From: Heterodontus francisci
Lineage: Eukaryota
Assembly: GCF_036365525.1 (NCBI RefSeq)
Contig: NC_090393.1
Span: forward strand, 40,215,746-40,279,745
Reading direction: 5' to 3'
DNA: 64,000 nucleotides
Positions 48,881-62,379 of this stretch are shown one piece after another. Below the pieces are notes generated by a model. It made no database searches. It had not been told where the DNA came from and saw only the letters and a program-made list of their open reading frames with translations. Numbering within the stretch: position 1 is the stretch's first letter; each line of letters opens with the position of its first letter. A program made the translations under genes and the position numbers.

Positions 48881-49164
48881 TTCCACTGAGTTCCTATTAT
48901 TTAATAGCATTTTTGTACAATTTAGCCCTTGATATGTATCCATATTGGAGCAATAATGTAATGAAAGTATATAACTTTGTGAAAACCATTATCTTAGTAT
49001 CATAGAATAATAGATCACAGAAGGAGCCAATTCAGTCCATCGTGCCTATGCTGGCTCTTTGGTACAGCTGTCCAATTAATCCCACTTCCCTGCTGTTACC
49101 CCACAACCCTGTAATTTTTTTTCCCCTTCAAGTATTTACCCAAATATATTTTGAATGTTGCTAT

Positions 49165-49429
49165 TGTTACGACCAAGGCGGGATCAATGCACTGTCAATT
49201 CAGTCCCATCACTCCACAGGTCGCAGCATTTTATTAAAGTTTTCCTACCTAACTGGAAAACAGACAAATTAAACACTTTATTATCCTCCAGAAATAAATA
49301 CACCAAACCAGGTACCTTTAAACAACAACAAATTAATTATTTATTAATAAACTAAATTTTAAACATGACTAAGATAAATTTGTCGAAAGACCTTCGAACT
49401 TATTTAACCTAACCACCCCCCATGCACAC

Positions 49430-49475
<46 letters not shown>

Positions 49476-50159
49476 TCAAAAACTAACTGGTTTTAAAAAA
49501 ATAGCGGGTTTTCTTTGGAATGAAATAAGTAGCTGGGTTGTAAGTCCTGGTGGGTTACGTTCCTGGTTGATGAGGTGTCCCAGAGTTGAATCGTCAGATG
49601 CGACTTGAAGTCTCCAGGCGAATTCAATGAAACAGTCTTTAATAGACAGGCATTCAAGGTATTTCAGCTGCAGCAGGCATCACACAGTTCTTTCAACAAG
49701 GAGCGCAGCAATAGGTCTACTCAGATTTTCAAACTGGCAGCCCTTCGGCAGAAACTTCACTGAGAATTCCAGCAAACACAAACAGGCAGTAGAGAGAGTT
49801 ACTTCTCTCGAAATAAAAGAGTTTCGAAATAAAATAGAATTTACTACCACCAACAATGAAAATGTTCTTTCCAGGGGTTTTTTTCCATCTTGGGCAAACA
49901 CAGTCTGAGCTCAATGTAGATTTTCTCTGCCAAGATATAGACAGCTTCTTTTTAGTAAGCACACTTTGTTGGGTTCTGGTTCAGACTGGTTTCAGCCAGT
50001 CCCTGCACGCAGTTAAATTGAAACATTACAGCATGTCTCCTGCTCTTACTTAGGGAACAGGCTGGCTGTGGCACTGTTCTCAAAGAAACTATAAAACTTC
50101 TCTCTCTGTTTTAAAGGTGCACTGTTTTAAACAGAGAAGATAAAAATAGTTCCGTGACA
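49165..50159 (-). mobile_element. Solo LTR
   Basis: TGTTACGACC...CCGTGACA, perfect 4-bp TSD CTAT. Confidence 0.9.
49424..49474. repeat. (CA)n microsatellite inside the solo LTR
   Basis: Directly visible. Confidence 0.95.
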
Positions 50160-52077
50160 CTATTGAAACTGCTTTCATCACCCTTTTAGGCAGTGAATTC
50201 CAAATCAAACCAACTCCATCTGTAAATAATAGTCTCCTCGTGTCGCCTCTTTTTTTTTTGCCAATCACCTTAAATCTGTGCTCTCTGGTTACCAGCCCTT
50301 CTGCCACAAAAAACAGTTTCTCCTTATTTACTCTATCAAAATCATTCATGATTTTGAACACATTTATCAAATCTTCTCTTTTCCTTTTCTGCTATAAGGA
50401 GAACAATCCCAGCTTTTCAAGTCCCTCATCTCTGGTCATTCTCGTAAATCTCTTCTGCACCCTCTCCGTGGCCTTGACATCTTTCCGAAAGTGTGGTGCC
50501 CAGAGTTGAACACAATACTCCAGCTGACGCCTAACCAGCGTTTTGTAAAGATTTAGTATAACTTTTTTGCTTTTGTACTCTATTCTACTAATAATGCCAA
50601 GGATCCAATATGCTTTTTTTTTAACAACATTCTCAATTTGTCCTGCCACTTTCAAAGATTTGTTTACATACACCCCCAGATCTCTCTGTTCCTGGACACC
50701 ATTTAACATTGTACTGTTTAGTTCATATTACCTCTCCCATTCTTCATACCAAAATGTATCAATTCACACTTCTCTGATTTAAATTTCATCTGCCATGTGC
50801 CTGCCCATTTTACCAGTCTATGTCCTCCTGAAGTCTGTTGCTATCCCTTTCACTGTTTGCTACATTTCTGAGTTTTACATCATCTGAAAACTTTGAAATT
50901 ATGTCCTGTAAACCCAAGTCCAGGCATTGATATATATCAAGAAGAACAGTTGTCCTGATAGTGACCCTTGGAGAACACCACAGTATATTACCCTCCAACC
51001 TGAAAAACAGCCATTCACCACTACTTTCTGCTTTCTGTCCCTTGGCCAATTTTGTATCCATGCTACCACTGTACTGTTAATCGCATGGTCTTTAATTTTG
51101 CTAATAAATTTTGCACAAGTATTTTTCATGCCTTCTTTCTGAAAGATCTTTTCTTTGCCACTACAGATTGTCCATGGCTCACACTTTAATCCCTGTCTGA
51201 GAAGATGGACAAATGAGCTGATCCCAGGACTTTGGTTATCTCCATCTGTCACCTGTAGATGGCTCGTCTGCTGAGGGGGTAACTTGTGTGTTAGCATTCT
51301 ACGACACAGCATATTTACCTACGGATTTCCCAAGCTATTTCAAATCAACACTTAATTTTCAATTGCTTTATTTTTAAGCAGAGATAATTACAAACAGAAA
51401 TGAGTTGACAAACCTGTCTGCTAAAATGATCATTCCTAAATCATGCATAAATCTCTATATAGAAATATTGCATCATTTTCATATATAATCTCTTGTGGCC
51501 GCAATGTGTAATTTCATTATTTTTCACTGGTGCATACACTGACAGTGATTTTCACAATGTCTTGTTTATGTTGTACTGTGGAAATGCATTACTTGAAATT
51601 CTTCATTTTTATCGAACAATGGACCTCCTGTGATATTCACGGAAATTCAGAAGATATATTCCCCGTTTTTCCTTTCCTTTCTGCTCCCACTTTTCTTTTG
51701 CTTTTCTCTCTCCCTTTCTCTTTCTCTCTCTCTACCCTTTTTATTTTCTCTCTGGTTCTTTTGCCTTTACCTTCTATTTTACAGTATGGAGTTGCAGGTA
51801 GTGGTTGAGGGAAGAATCTGACTAAGTTTGTAGGTTGGTAGTTGATTTTATTCTTTCCAGGATGCTGGTGGTAGCTGGATGGGTGGGGACAGGGAGCATA
51901 CTTGGAGGCTGCATTTTCGAATGGTGGTGCAGGACACTAGCGGAGCAGAGACTCGACTTGGGCTGTGGGCCAGCAGATCAGGTGCCTACTTCACTGCATT
52001 TGGCACTTAGAGAATACATTTTCAACTGATAATTATACCAGTCAGGGTGGGGATGCAGAAAGCGCAGGAAATTATTG

Positions 52078-52190
52078 CACAGAATCACATAATCTTACAT
52101 CACAGAAGGAGGCCAATCGGACCATCGGGCCTGTGCTGGCTCTTTGTAGGAAATATTCAATTAGTTCCACTTACCCTGATTTTTAGTGCT
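52078..52190 (-). mobile_element. Short CR1 3'UTR fragment
   Basis: CACAGAATCACATAATC...CACAGAAGGAGGCCAATCGG.CCATC. Confidence 0.7.
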
Positions 52191-52327
52191 GTAATTATTG
52201 TGTTTCGGGAAGGAAAGCCATACGAGGGGAGTGGCACTATGGCATGCAGCAGCACCGGGCCACCTACCTTGGGAACCTAAATCTTGGGACCAGGGAGGCC
52301 AAGTAGTTTTAAGTATTGTAAATATAT

Positions 52328-53153
52328 TGTCATGGTCCTGTGGTTTTTTTCCAGCAATATGTGGTTTGCCTTTAAAGCTTGCAGAACCAGCAAGCCTCAG
52401 GAGTTATAGGAAGGTGCATTTTTGTTGCCTTAGAAACAGCCATTTGCAGACTGCGATTCAAAGGGTGCATTCTTAATACCATGGAAATAACCACTGGGAG
52501 TGAGTCTGATGCGATACATTTGTTACAATTCAGTTTTGAACTGGCTGTTAGTGGAAGACAGTTTGTTCTAACAGAACACACAGACACAGACACCTGAAAA
52601 AGAGCTCTCAACCATTTAAACTGAAGGAATAGGATTTTAGTCTGTTTATTATTATCTCTCAAAATTCTAAAAAAAAAGTCAAGCCAAAACAGAGATCTTT
52701 GATAATTTAAATTGAAGAAAGGGAAGTTAGACTGTGACAATCTTTATCCCTCAAAAACTCTAAAGTCAGATTGATTCTGTTGAAAGTGTTTGCAAGTCGT
52801 TAATTGTTGAAATTTGCTGGAGAAGGAGAGCAACATCCTGTGATGACTTCAAGCAACATTGGACTGTAAATTTGCAAGGACTCTAATTTTTCTATTTTAA
52901 ATGTTGTTTATATCTTCATAGTATTTAAGAATTTAGTTCTTCTAATTAAAGAGTTAATTCTTTGATTTAAAGACACCTGGTTTGGTTAGCCTCATTGGGG
53001 GGTACAATTTGGGTCTTTCTTTAATTTGGAAAGTTTTCAATATGTTAGCTGATCTGTGGAGCGACAGGACTGAATTAACAGTGCGTCAGTCCCACCACAA
53101 TCAGAATCATATATTTTGATTGGGGGCTTTGACAGGAGCAGTTGGTCGTAACA
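52328..53153 (+). mobile_element. Solo LTR
   Basis: TGTCATGG...GGTCGTAACA, perfect 4-bp TSD ATAT. Confidence 0.88.
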
Positions 53154-56079
53154 ATATGGAAAATTTACATCTCTTCAGTGTAAACTTGCATCCATGCATG
53201 ATATCTTGCTGTGGCAGAGATTATATGATATAAGCTTCCTGTAAGCATATGTAAAAAAAATTTTAAATTATATAAATATATAATGAGACCAGTTGATTCT
53301 TTTAAAACAAAAAGTCTTGCTCTACATTATACTACTTTTCAGGAGGATGCAATAAAAAATTGATCAGATGTAAATTTCTATCCACAACCCAGACAGATAA
53401 TGCATTATCTGTCAAAATGAATGTGCATCTCAGAAAATTAACAGTTTATTAAGTTTGACTTGTATTTGTACATTTAAATAACATTTCACCTTCAAAAATA
53501 TGCTCCATCAAGTGAAAATAATTTCTGTTTTCCGGGGGAGACAAAATTATCTGTTCTTATGCGGGTAAGGGATTTTGGTGATAGAAAATGAAATATAACT
53601 CAGTCTAACACTCCCCACTCCATTCTCTTAGTGGTCTATTATGAGGGTAGAGGGCAGATAAGTGGATGTAGATACTGAAAGAGATGAAGAAGTGGTTGGA
53701 GTTGACCTCGTCGATGACTATGACCTCTGATAGACAGCCTTCTGGATTTTGAGGTTGAAGGGAAGTCAGCAAGTGTGGGTAGAAGAATTTCTGTGCCTTA
53801 TAAGAATAGATGAGGATAGAAGGGTGAAGAAATCAGCAGCGAGTTGGCAGAGTGACTTGGTGCAGAGGCTACGTAGGGAAAAGAGAGATTTTGGTGAGGG
53901 TGTCACTGGTGGGGTTAGGAATGGTGGAGACATGAAGTCCTAATAAAAGAGCTGAGCAGGATGATAAACAGTGAACTGCACAAATAAACTGCTGAACTGT
54001 AAGAGGACAGCAGAGGATGGAACTGAGAGATGGCTAAACTGCTGCAATGGAGCTTAGAGTGGGAGATTTTTTTTTTGTTAAATGGAAGCAACACTCAAAG
54101 CATCAGTTAAAAGGGACAAATTATCCTTTGGTACTTTCCTGACATTCCTCCAGTCTTCACACAATGCTTTGTCAGGATCTGAAATCCTTTATTAATTCTG
54201 TCAATTGCCAGCTATTGAATAGGTAATGTAAAGGACAGCTAGTTCCTTTCAGTGTTTTAAATGCAATGTCTTCATGAATTCTGGAATTGTCAAGATAGTC
54301 TTGATACCTTGTTTTTCTGTGTGAGCTAGTTTTACATATTAAAACTGGAATAATTTGAAGTATCTGTGGTGATGATTCAAAAGTATTATTGTTTCTATGA
54401 GAACTGTGTAGTATGGACTGTCACTGCAATTCAACATATTTTCATTGATTTGAAAGGGAGAAGTTCAGAGTTCTCAGACCAAGAACCTGAATCTGAGCAA
54501 AATTCATCCCTGTTTGCCAGACTTGATTGATTCCAAATTGCTATGGGAAGGATTTCTGGCATTCTGCTCCAAGCAAAGGCAAAAACTATTTTCACTTCCT
54601 TTTGTAGGAACTCTTGTGACAGTTTCTATGAAGTGATCTCATGTTACAATATGTTTTGAAACTAAATAGTTCAGTTTACACAAGATGATAAGAATTAACA
54701 CACACAAAGCAGATTCTAATCTACATCCTGATTGGAATATATAGCATTTCTTAATAAATAAAAATATTTCAATGCCCTTTTGTTTATCCCAATGCAGCAA
54801 ATAATGTACATTTCTCCTCATGTAGAACAGGATACCAAGTATCTGAAAATTGACTGATAGTGATCTTGCCCGCCATAGAAATTCTAAATTGAATAATCAC
54901 AAACATTTCATTATTTTCGCATACTTGTTGCTTTATAAAAACATTTTTGATTGGCTCTTAATTTTATTCTAGAAGTTAATTCCATCTCAAAAAAACTTCA
55001 ACTTTGTTTCCCTCAGATCCTGAAAATCTAGCTGATCTTAGTGAACATTACTCTTATCTACAATATTAAGTTTGCCTCAGTAACTGATTCCCATCCCAAG
55101 TGCAATGACCAATTCTTTAAAGTGTGGTGTTGATGACACTTTCCTTCATCTCCTTTCACTGATTCTATGCATCTGGAACATTAATTGAGATAAATTACCA
55201 GCAATGTGTGTAATCAGTGTCACATCATCAATATTACAGCAGGGTCTGAACACTGACAACTTTTTTTCTTGAAAAAGCAAGATAAAATTAAAAGTTGTGC
55301 AACAGAAAACGTTGTTTTAAAGATTGTACGAAATCAATGATTTATAAACTTTGAGTCTTGAATGATGAAGATACGTCACATGGTTGAAGAATACTGAATT
55401 TTCTATTCAGTTAGCATAAGTAGGATAAAGATCATATCATGTTCTTCATGTATTGCATTCTTTGAATCTCAACTAACTTTACTACATGACTCTCCGAATC
55501 AGTTTATCAGAGAGTGTTTATTTACACAGCCAGGTTACAAATGTTTCATGATATGTCACTGGTGTGAGCCCTTATATCATTATAACACGACATTCTTGTG
55601 TTTACTCCACTGAGCAAAAGCTGTTTTACCATTAGCACCAGTCAGCACAACTGAATAGGAATAATTTGGTGACATGGAGCATGCACTTTTCTCACAGGGA
55701 ATTAAAGGATATTATGTTGCAACACAGAAGGGAAGTACCTGATGGACTCCTATTAGGTTAATTGTATTCAATTTGAAGTGTAAGAGAAAAAGGTTATTGA
55801 GAGCTTTTGCAATTAGAAAATGAGTGCATTGGTTAATGGCTGTTGTTTTAACTTTTTTGGATCTTCCATATTTGTACACTAAGTGGTATAACAGCAAGGT
55901 GTAGTGAGACAACTGGCAATTCCTGAGAGCACAAAATGACTTGGAGTCTTTATACTGGTGCACTCAGTCCTAGTGCTCAATCACTACATCAGACAGTGGC
56001 TCATCAAGAAGGACTTTTTTCCTTTTAAGTTTTGTTATTTTGTCTGTAATAACACAGTGACACCACTAGTATTGACATT

Positions 56080-56415
56080 GAGTCATAGAGTGATACAGCA
56101 CTGAAATAAGACCTTCGGCCCACCGAGTCTGTGCCGACTAACAACCACCTATACTAATCCTATATTATTCCCATATTACCTACCATATCCCCACCATTCT
56201 CCTACCACCTACCTACACTAGGACCAATTTACAATGGCCAATTTACCTATCAACCTGCAAGTCTTTGGCTGTGGGAGGAAACCAGAGCACCCAGTGGAAA
56301 CCCATGCGGTCACAGGGAGAACTTGCAAACTCCGCACAGGCCGTACCCAGAACTCAACCTAGGTTGCTGGAGCTGTGAGGCTGCGGTGCTAACCACTGTG
56401 TCACTGTGCCACCCA
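56080..56415 (-). mobile_element. HE1-type V-SINE
   Basis: Reverse complement of 212-566 and 40641-40974, including head, V-domain and tail. Confidence 0.9.
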
Positions 56416-56437
56416 TTGCTCAGGGTGGTTAACTCTG

Positions 56438-59400
56438 TGGGTCAGATTTTGATTGGAAGCTGCAGGTCCCAATGTTGGGACCAAATATGGGCGTAGCTTG
56501 CACTCGGGCCACGAACAGCCGCCGCATGCAATCAAGTAGCAGCCGGCCAATTAGGAGTAATGAGGTGCGGGGGCTGGCCAAAGAAATGGATGGTGGAGGA
56601 GGCAGAGATGGCGGCATCAACTGATGCCGAGGCAAATGCTGGTGCCATATTTAAAGGCTGTCAGCCATGCATTCAATGTTTGATTGGCAAATGCAAGGAT
56701 TTCTTCAGGGGAGAGAAGCTGCACACCAATGGCAGAAGGAAAACCCCATGTGGCCCCACGCCTTAGTGATGCCTCCCTCCAGGTCCCCCTCCAGGCTGCC
56801 AGGGAAGACAGGAGGTCCTCTTGCCAAGGGACAGGAGGAGGGGACCTGCCTGCCTGACCAAGTATGCCTGGCTGCAGAGAGCGGAGGAGGTCAGCAGCCA
56901 TAGGGTCACTCCCCACCTCCCCACCCCCACCCCAGGACATGGATCCAGTGCTACAAGTGGCCCAATTACCTCATCTGGGTCGCAAAGGTGAGTTTCTCAT
57001 AAACTCTTGACCTCTTGGGCTTTTCATGTATCAGAGTGCGGGGGTGCATTGGGTGGAGAGGGAGTGCCCATCCAGTCATGGGAAAAGGGTCAGGGTATAA
57101 AGACAAGCTACCTGAGGCATAGCTAAATGGCATTGAAATACCCCCACAAAGTCCCTGGAAAGGGGCCACATGCAGAAGTCATCTGTATGCCCCCGTCAAT
57201 AACCTCTTGGGCTTGTCCCTACTGGGAGACCATAAACATTCATCTTCGTGTCTGCAAGAGAAGATAGCACGCAATCACAGAGAGCGGGCCATGACTGGTG
57301 GTGGACTGCTATATCTTCTTGTCCTGAGCCTGATAGAGGATGAGGTCATGGAACTCGCACAGCTGCAGGACGGACATTCCATTGCAGACAAAGCGACAGA
57401 GACACCTTCCCAAGACAGTGAGTAAGGTCATCATGGGACACAAGGGAGCATTTGCAGTGATGCAGCCATACTGCTCATATGGCATCCAGTACCTACAGCA
57501 ATCTCCTACGTTGGGGTTTTGCTATGTCAAGAGGGAGGCCCTTGACCGTTCAATGTCTCTGTTCTCTCATGCAGGTCACACAGAACATCAACAAAGAACC
57601 TCCAAGACTGTGGGAAAGTCTCCGACTTCTGAGGGATAAGATGGAGCCTCAAAGGGTGCACTGTCACCTCATACCCCTGCACCCTTCACCAGCATATTTC
57701 ATTCGTTTAACGAAATACAGAGCGAACATATACCCCTGAAAGGAAAAAGCTCCACTTCACAGAAAAAACAGCCATGGACAACTAAAGAGATTCGGGTTAG
57801 CATAAAACAAAAAGAAAGGCCTTACAAAAATGCAACACGCAGCACAGATCCGGCCGAATGGGATCGATATTAAGACCAGCAAAGGGTCAGAAAGCAGCTT
57901 ATAAGAACTACTAAAAGAGATTATGAAAGGAAACTTGCAAGGGACATCAAAATCAATAAGAAGAAATTTTATAGTTACATAAAGGGAAAACGGGTGGTCA
58001 GGAGCAATGTAGGCCCACTAAAAGCTGAAAATGGAGATATTGTCATTGATAATGGGGAAATGGCAGATATGTTGAACAATTACTTTACCTCAGTATTTAC
58101 AGTTGAAAAGAAGGCTAACTTGCTGGAAGTCCCAAATAAATTAATAGCTGATAGGGGACAGGGACTTAATACAATTAACGTAAGTAAAACATCAGTAACA
58201 AGGAAATTAATGGAACTAAAGAGTGAGAAATCCCCAGGACCTGACGGTTTCCATCCGAGGGTGATAAAGGAAGTAGAGGAGCACATTGTAGATGCCCTAA
58301 CTATAGACTTTCGGAGTTCCCTAGATTCAGGAGTGTCCCTCTGGATTGGAAAGTTGCACATGTCACTCCACTTTTTAAGAACGGTGAAAGGGGGAACCAA
58401 GGAAATTACAGACCAGTTAGCCTGACATCTGTGGTGGGCAAGTTGCTGGAGTCTATAATCAAGGATAGGGTGACTGAACACCTCAGAAAATTTCAGTTAA
58501 TCAGGGACAGCCAGCATGGATTCATGATGGGAAGGTCATGCCTGACAAATCTCATTACATTTTTTGAAGAGGTGACTAAGGTAGTGGACAGGGGAATGTC
58601 TATGGATGTTGTTTATAAGGACTTCCAGAAGGCATTTGATAAAGTCCCACATAAGAGACTGTTAACTCCATGGGCTTCTACCTTAGTTGAGGGCAAATTA
58701 TTGACATGGTTAGCAAGTTGGTTGAGTGGTAGGCGACAGAGAATGAGGATAATGGGCAAGTACTCCGATTGGCAGGATGTGACTAGTGGTGTCCCACAGG
58801 GATCGGTGTTGGGGCCTCAATTATTCACATTATTCATTAATGACTTGGATGATGGCATAGTATGTCATTTAACCAAATTTGCTGATGATCCAAAGTTAGG
58901 CAGCATTGTAGACAGTCTAGATGATAGCATAAAATTGCGAAGAGATATTGGCAGACTAAGTGAGTGGGCAAAACTGTGGCAGATGGATTTCATGAGGATA
59001 AGTTTGAGATTATCCATTTTGGACCAAAAAAGGATAGAGCAGGGTACTTTCTAAATGGGAAGAGGTTAAGTACAGTGGATGTCCAAAGCGACATAGGGGT
59101 TCAGGTGCATAGATCTTTAAAATGCCACGAGCAAGTGCAGAAAATAATCAAAAAGGCTAATGGAATGCTAGTCTTTATATCTAGAGGATTGGAGTATAAA
59201 GACACAGAGGTTATGCTGCAACTGTACAAAACCCTGGTTAGACCCCACTTGGAGTACTGTGAGCAGTTCTGGGCACCGCACCTTAGGAAGGATATATTGG
59301 CCTTGGAGGCAGTGCAACGTAGGTTTACAAGAATGATACCTGGACTACAGGGGTTAAGTTACGAGGAGAGATTACACAAATTAGGCCTGGTTTCGCTAGA

Positions 59401-60191
59401 ATTTAGAAGGTTGAGGGGTGATCTGATCGAAGTCTTCAAGATATTAACAGGAAAAGACAGGCTAGATAAAGATAAACTATTTCCACTGGTTGGAGATTCT
59501 AAAACTAGGGACCATAGTCTAAAAATTAGGACCAGACCGTTCAGGAGAGATGTTAGGAAGCACTTCTTCACACAAAGGGTGGTAGAGGTTCGGAACTCTC
59601 TCCCACAAACAGCAGTTGAAGCTAGAACAGTTGTTAATTCTAAATCTGAGATAGATAGATTTTTGTTAAGCAAAGATATTAAGGGATATGGGCCAAAGGC
59701 AGGTATATGGAGTTAGGCCGCAGATCAGCCATGATCTCATTGAATGGCGGGACAGGCTCAAGGGGCTGAATGGCCGACTCCTGTTCCTATCTTCCTAGCA
59801 TAGATATTCACGTCAGTGAGTGCATGCTCACGGTTAGATTCGGGCCCACAACCTGGCGGACATAGCATGGACACATCTGAGCAACGGACAGAGGCTATGA
59901 CAGCCCAGGCCACTGACAGTTGGAAGACTGTGGGAGGCCAGGCTCCTGCTGAGCCCCAGGCTCACGGTGTGCCTCTTGCGTTGCCAGCATCAGTGCAAAT
60001 GCTGCAGCGACAAGTCAGGCACCATCATGTCCAAGCACAGACGATGGAGGAGTCCATCCAGGCTTTGAGTATTGCAATACTGTCATTAAGATTGAAAACT
60101 GAAAGTAAAATCTTTCAATAGGCATCTTTACTATCTGAATTGCCTGCACGCTGTGTCAATGTCAGCTCTCCACCATCGGTAAAATCGGGAC
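56438..60191 (+). mobile_element. Non-autonomous Harbinger carrying only a spliced Myb/SANT-like gene remnant, split by CR1
   Basis: Ends GGGTCAGATTTT / AAAATCGGGAC. MAEGKPHVAPRLSDASLQV...PRTWIQCYKWPNYLIWVAK|GTGAGT, then EKIARNHRERAMTGGG. No transposase motifs. Confidence 0.7.
57697..59796 (+). mobile_element. CR1 LINE, 5'-truncated, least decayed copy in the window
   Basis: ORFs 57994-58425, 58431-59054 (QHGF, DFQKAFD, GVPQGS, KFADD), 58964-59716. TSD AGCATA at 57691-57696 and 59797-59802. Confidence 0.97.
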
Positions 60192-61664
60192 GTCACAATG
60201 GCCCTTTTCTGTGCTGTAACTGTTCCATGATTCATCATTCTATGATTATATTACAGACTGCAGAAGCAGTATCTTCACTTTCTCTGTTAGTATTATGTGC
60301 GGAATTTGTAATCATCTCTTAATGGGTCACGCTTTTGCCTAAAGGATGGATCAAGAATCGACAATGTTGAATTGATAAATGGGGTTGGAATGTCTGTAAG
60401 GGCTCTAATGCTTCCCTCCTTTTGCTATCGCTTATTCCTTTACCTCTGTATAATAGTCATGCAAATTCCCTTTATCAAAATACATACTCAGTGAAGTTGG
60501 CACAAAATCTTCCATTTTTACTTGCACTAGGAGCCACTAACATTATTATTGGTAAAATTATTTTGCACGATCCCATCTAGGTGAAACCATAAAAGCATTG
60601 AGATGTAGAAGTTTAAACCAATGTAAGAGACATCTTTGTTACCAGGACAGCAGGCAATAGGCACCTATGGTAGACACGATCGTAATCAACATGCAATGTG
60701 GGACCTGTACAGGTTTCAAAAACGAGGGTTTATTACATCAATACCAGAATCACAAGACTCGCGTTCTTCGAAGTTCTTCAAAACCTATTGTGATCAAGAG
60801 CAGATGCCACACCAACTGAACATGCAGGGATGCCTGCTGCTAGTGTTTACTCTGAACAAATGAAGTGCATATTTTTACTTGTGGATCTTTTCAATCAACT
60901 TTAAAGTCTTGACTTTGAACATTGCATAGCCATTTTTTGTTACATAATTTGATGTTATAATTATACACTTTTTCTGCATTTATCTTAATTGATTTTTAGT
61001 TATAATTTGCTTTTAAAATGTCGTAATGAAATGGTTTAACACCATAGGAACAATAAAAAAAAACATTGGTGCCTTACAGTATGTTTTATAATACCTCAAC
61101 TTTAGACCAGTTAATGTTCCAAATAGTTCTTTTGATTCCTGTTTTACCTTTTCATGATTAATGAATTTCCTTTGAGCCTTTCATATTTGCATATTTTCTG
61201 TCACATCTGTAAAATCATTTTCTGTGTTGACTATTCTAAATGAGATTTAAATAAATGCAAATGCCATGCACCTTAACATCATATAAAGGGACTCTATTGT
61301 ACAGATGCTTAATGCATTTGTATGACATCTCTCTCTCCACTAATTTCAAATGAATGCTTTATATATCCGTGCAATATTGTCTAAGATTTTATTTCAACAT
61401 CATTTTTTCCAGTTTTCTATTCCCTCTTTATCTTCTGAATTTAAAAATCCCGAGGTATGATCTTAATGGGGCCAAGAAAATGCTCTGCAACTCACTCAAC
61501 TTTTCTTGCACATTTAGAGGCAATGAATATCATGGGAATGAATAACTATTGTATATTAATGCCCCCTAAATTGTACATCTCCACAGCTAGCTCCATGCTT
61601 GTCAAGGGGTCCCTTATATTAGTTTTTATTTAGCAAAATAAAATAAAGGGAAGTACAGATGCAT

Positions 61665-62378
61665 ATGAACATACAAAAATGACAGACAGGAAAACATTGA
61701 ATCAATCTAGCTTGTGCCATATAGTCATGATGCCTTATGCACCACAATACATATACTCCCTACCTGTCCGGAGCCAGGTAATCTTCTGGGAGAGGCAGAC
61801 AACAGACTAAACTCCAGGCCAATTAAGGGAAAAAATCTAGAAAATACCTCTGTGATCTCATTAAGTGATCAAAACTAGCCCAGGAGATTATAGACAGTAT
61901 TTAATATTACAGAATACCGACCACTAATACAAGGTGATTTCTACCCCGGCCAGAAACAGACCCAGTTCCTTCTTGAAGGAATGCAGCAAATCAGTGTTCA
62001 CTGCATAAACCAGCAACCTGTTCCATGGGTCCCCTATTCTCTGGAAAAAGAGAAATTAAAAAGAAGCCAACTTAGTTCTGTTCTTTCATAAATTGTAACT
62101 TTGATCTGTGGTCCTACCTTACCTATTCAGTTGAAATAATTGATCCACATAAACACAATCTTCTCACTGCATTATTTTATGATCAAATTGCCCCTGGGTC
62201 TAGACTTTTCTGAAGTGAACAGTATTGAGCCTATTTGGGTAACTAAGGTGTTGTAAACTGGGAATTAATCTTGTGGCTCTATTTTGCACAACTTCCAAAG
62301 CCTTAATATCCTCCAGACAAGGAGACCAAAACTGGACATAATATTCAAACTGAGGACAAACCACGATCTTATACAAGG
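61665..62378 (-). mobile_element. Old CR1-type LINE 3' part with a longer 3'UTR
   Basis: LYKIVVCPQFEYYVQFWSPC..DIKALEVVQNRATRLIP..LSYPNRL. Confidence 0.8.
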
Positions 62379-62379
62379 A

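Larger units (their letters stand above)
48999..51125 (-). mobile_element. CR1 LINE fragment split by a solo LTR
   Basis: ORFs 50089-50370, 50392-50709 (LEYCVQLWAPHF), 50810-51061 (KFSDD). 3'UTR at 48999-49164. Confidence 0.9.

Noticed and set aside
51166-51280. Plus-strand exon after a strong acceptor TCTTTTCTTTGCCACTACAG
   Set aside because: All three frames hit a stop before the GTAACT donor.
53560-54130. Purine-rich stretch as an antisense L2 remnant
   Set aside because: Suggestive composition only. I could not read a diagnostic motif.
2626-59716. RT/endonuclease-like ORFs as functional genes
   Set aside because: All are fragments of 5'-truncated LINEs broken by stops and frameshifts.
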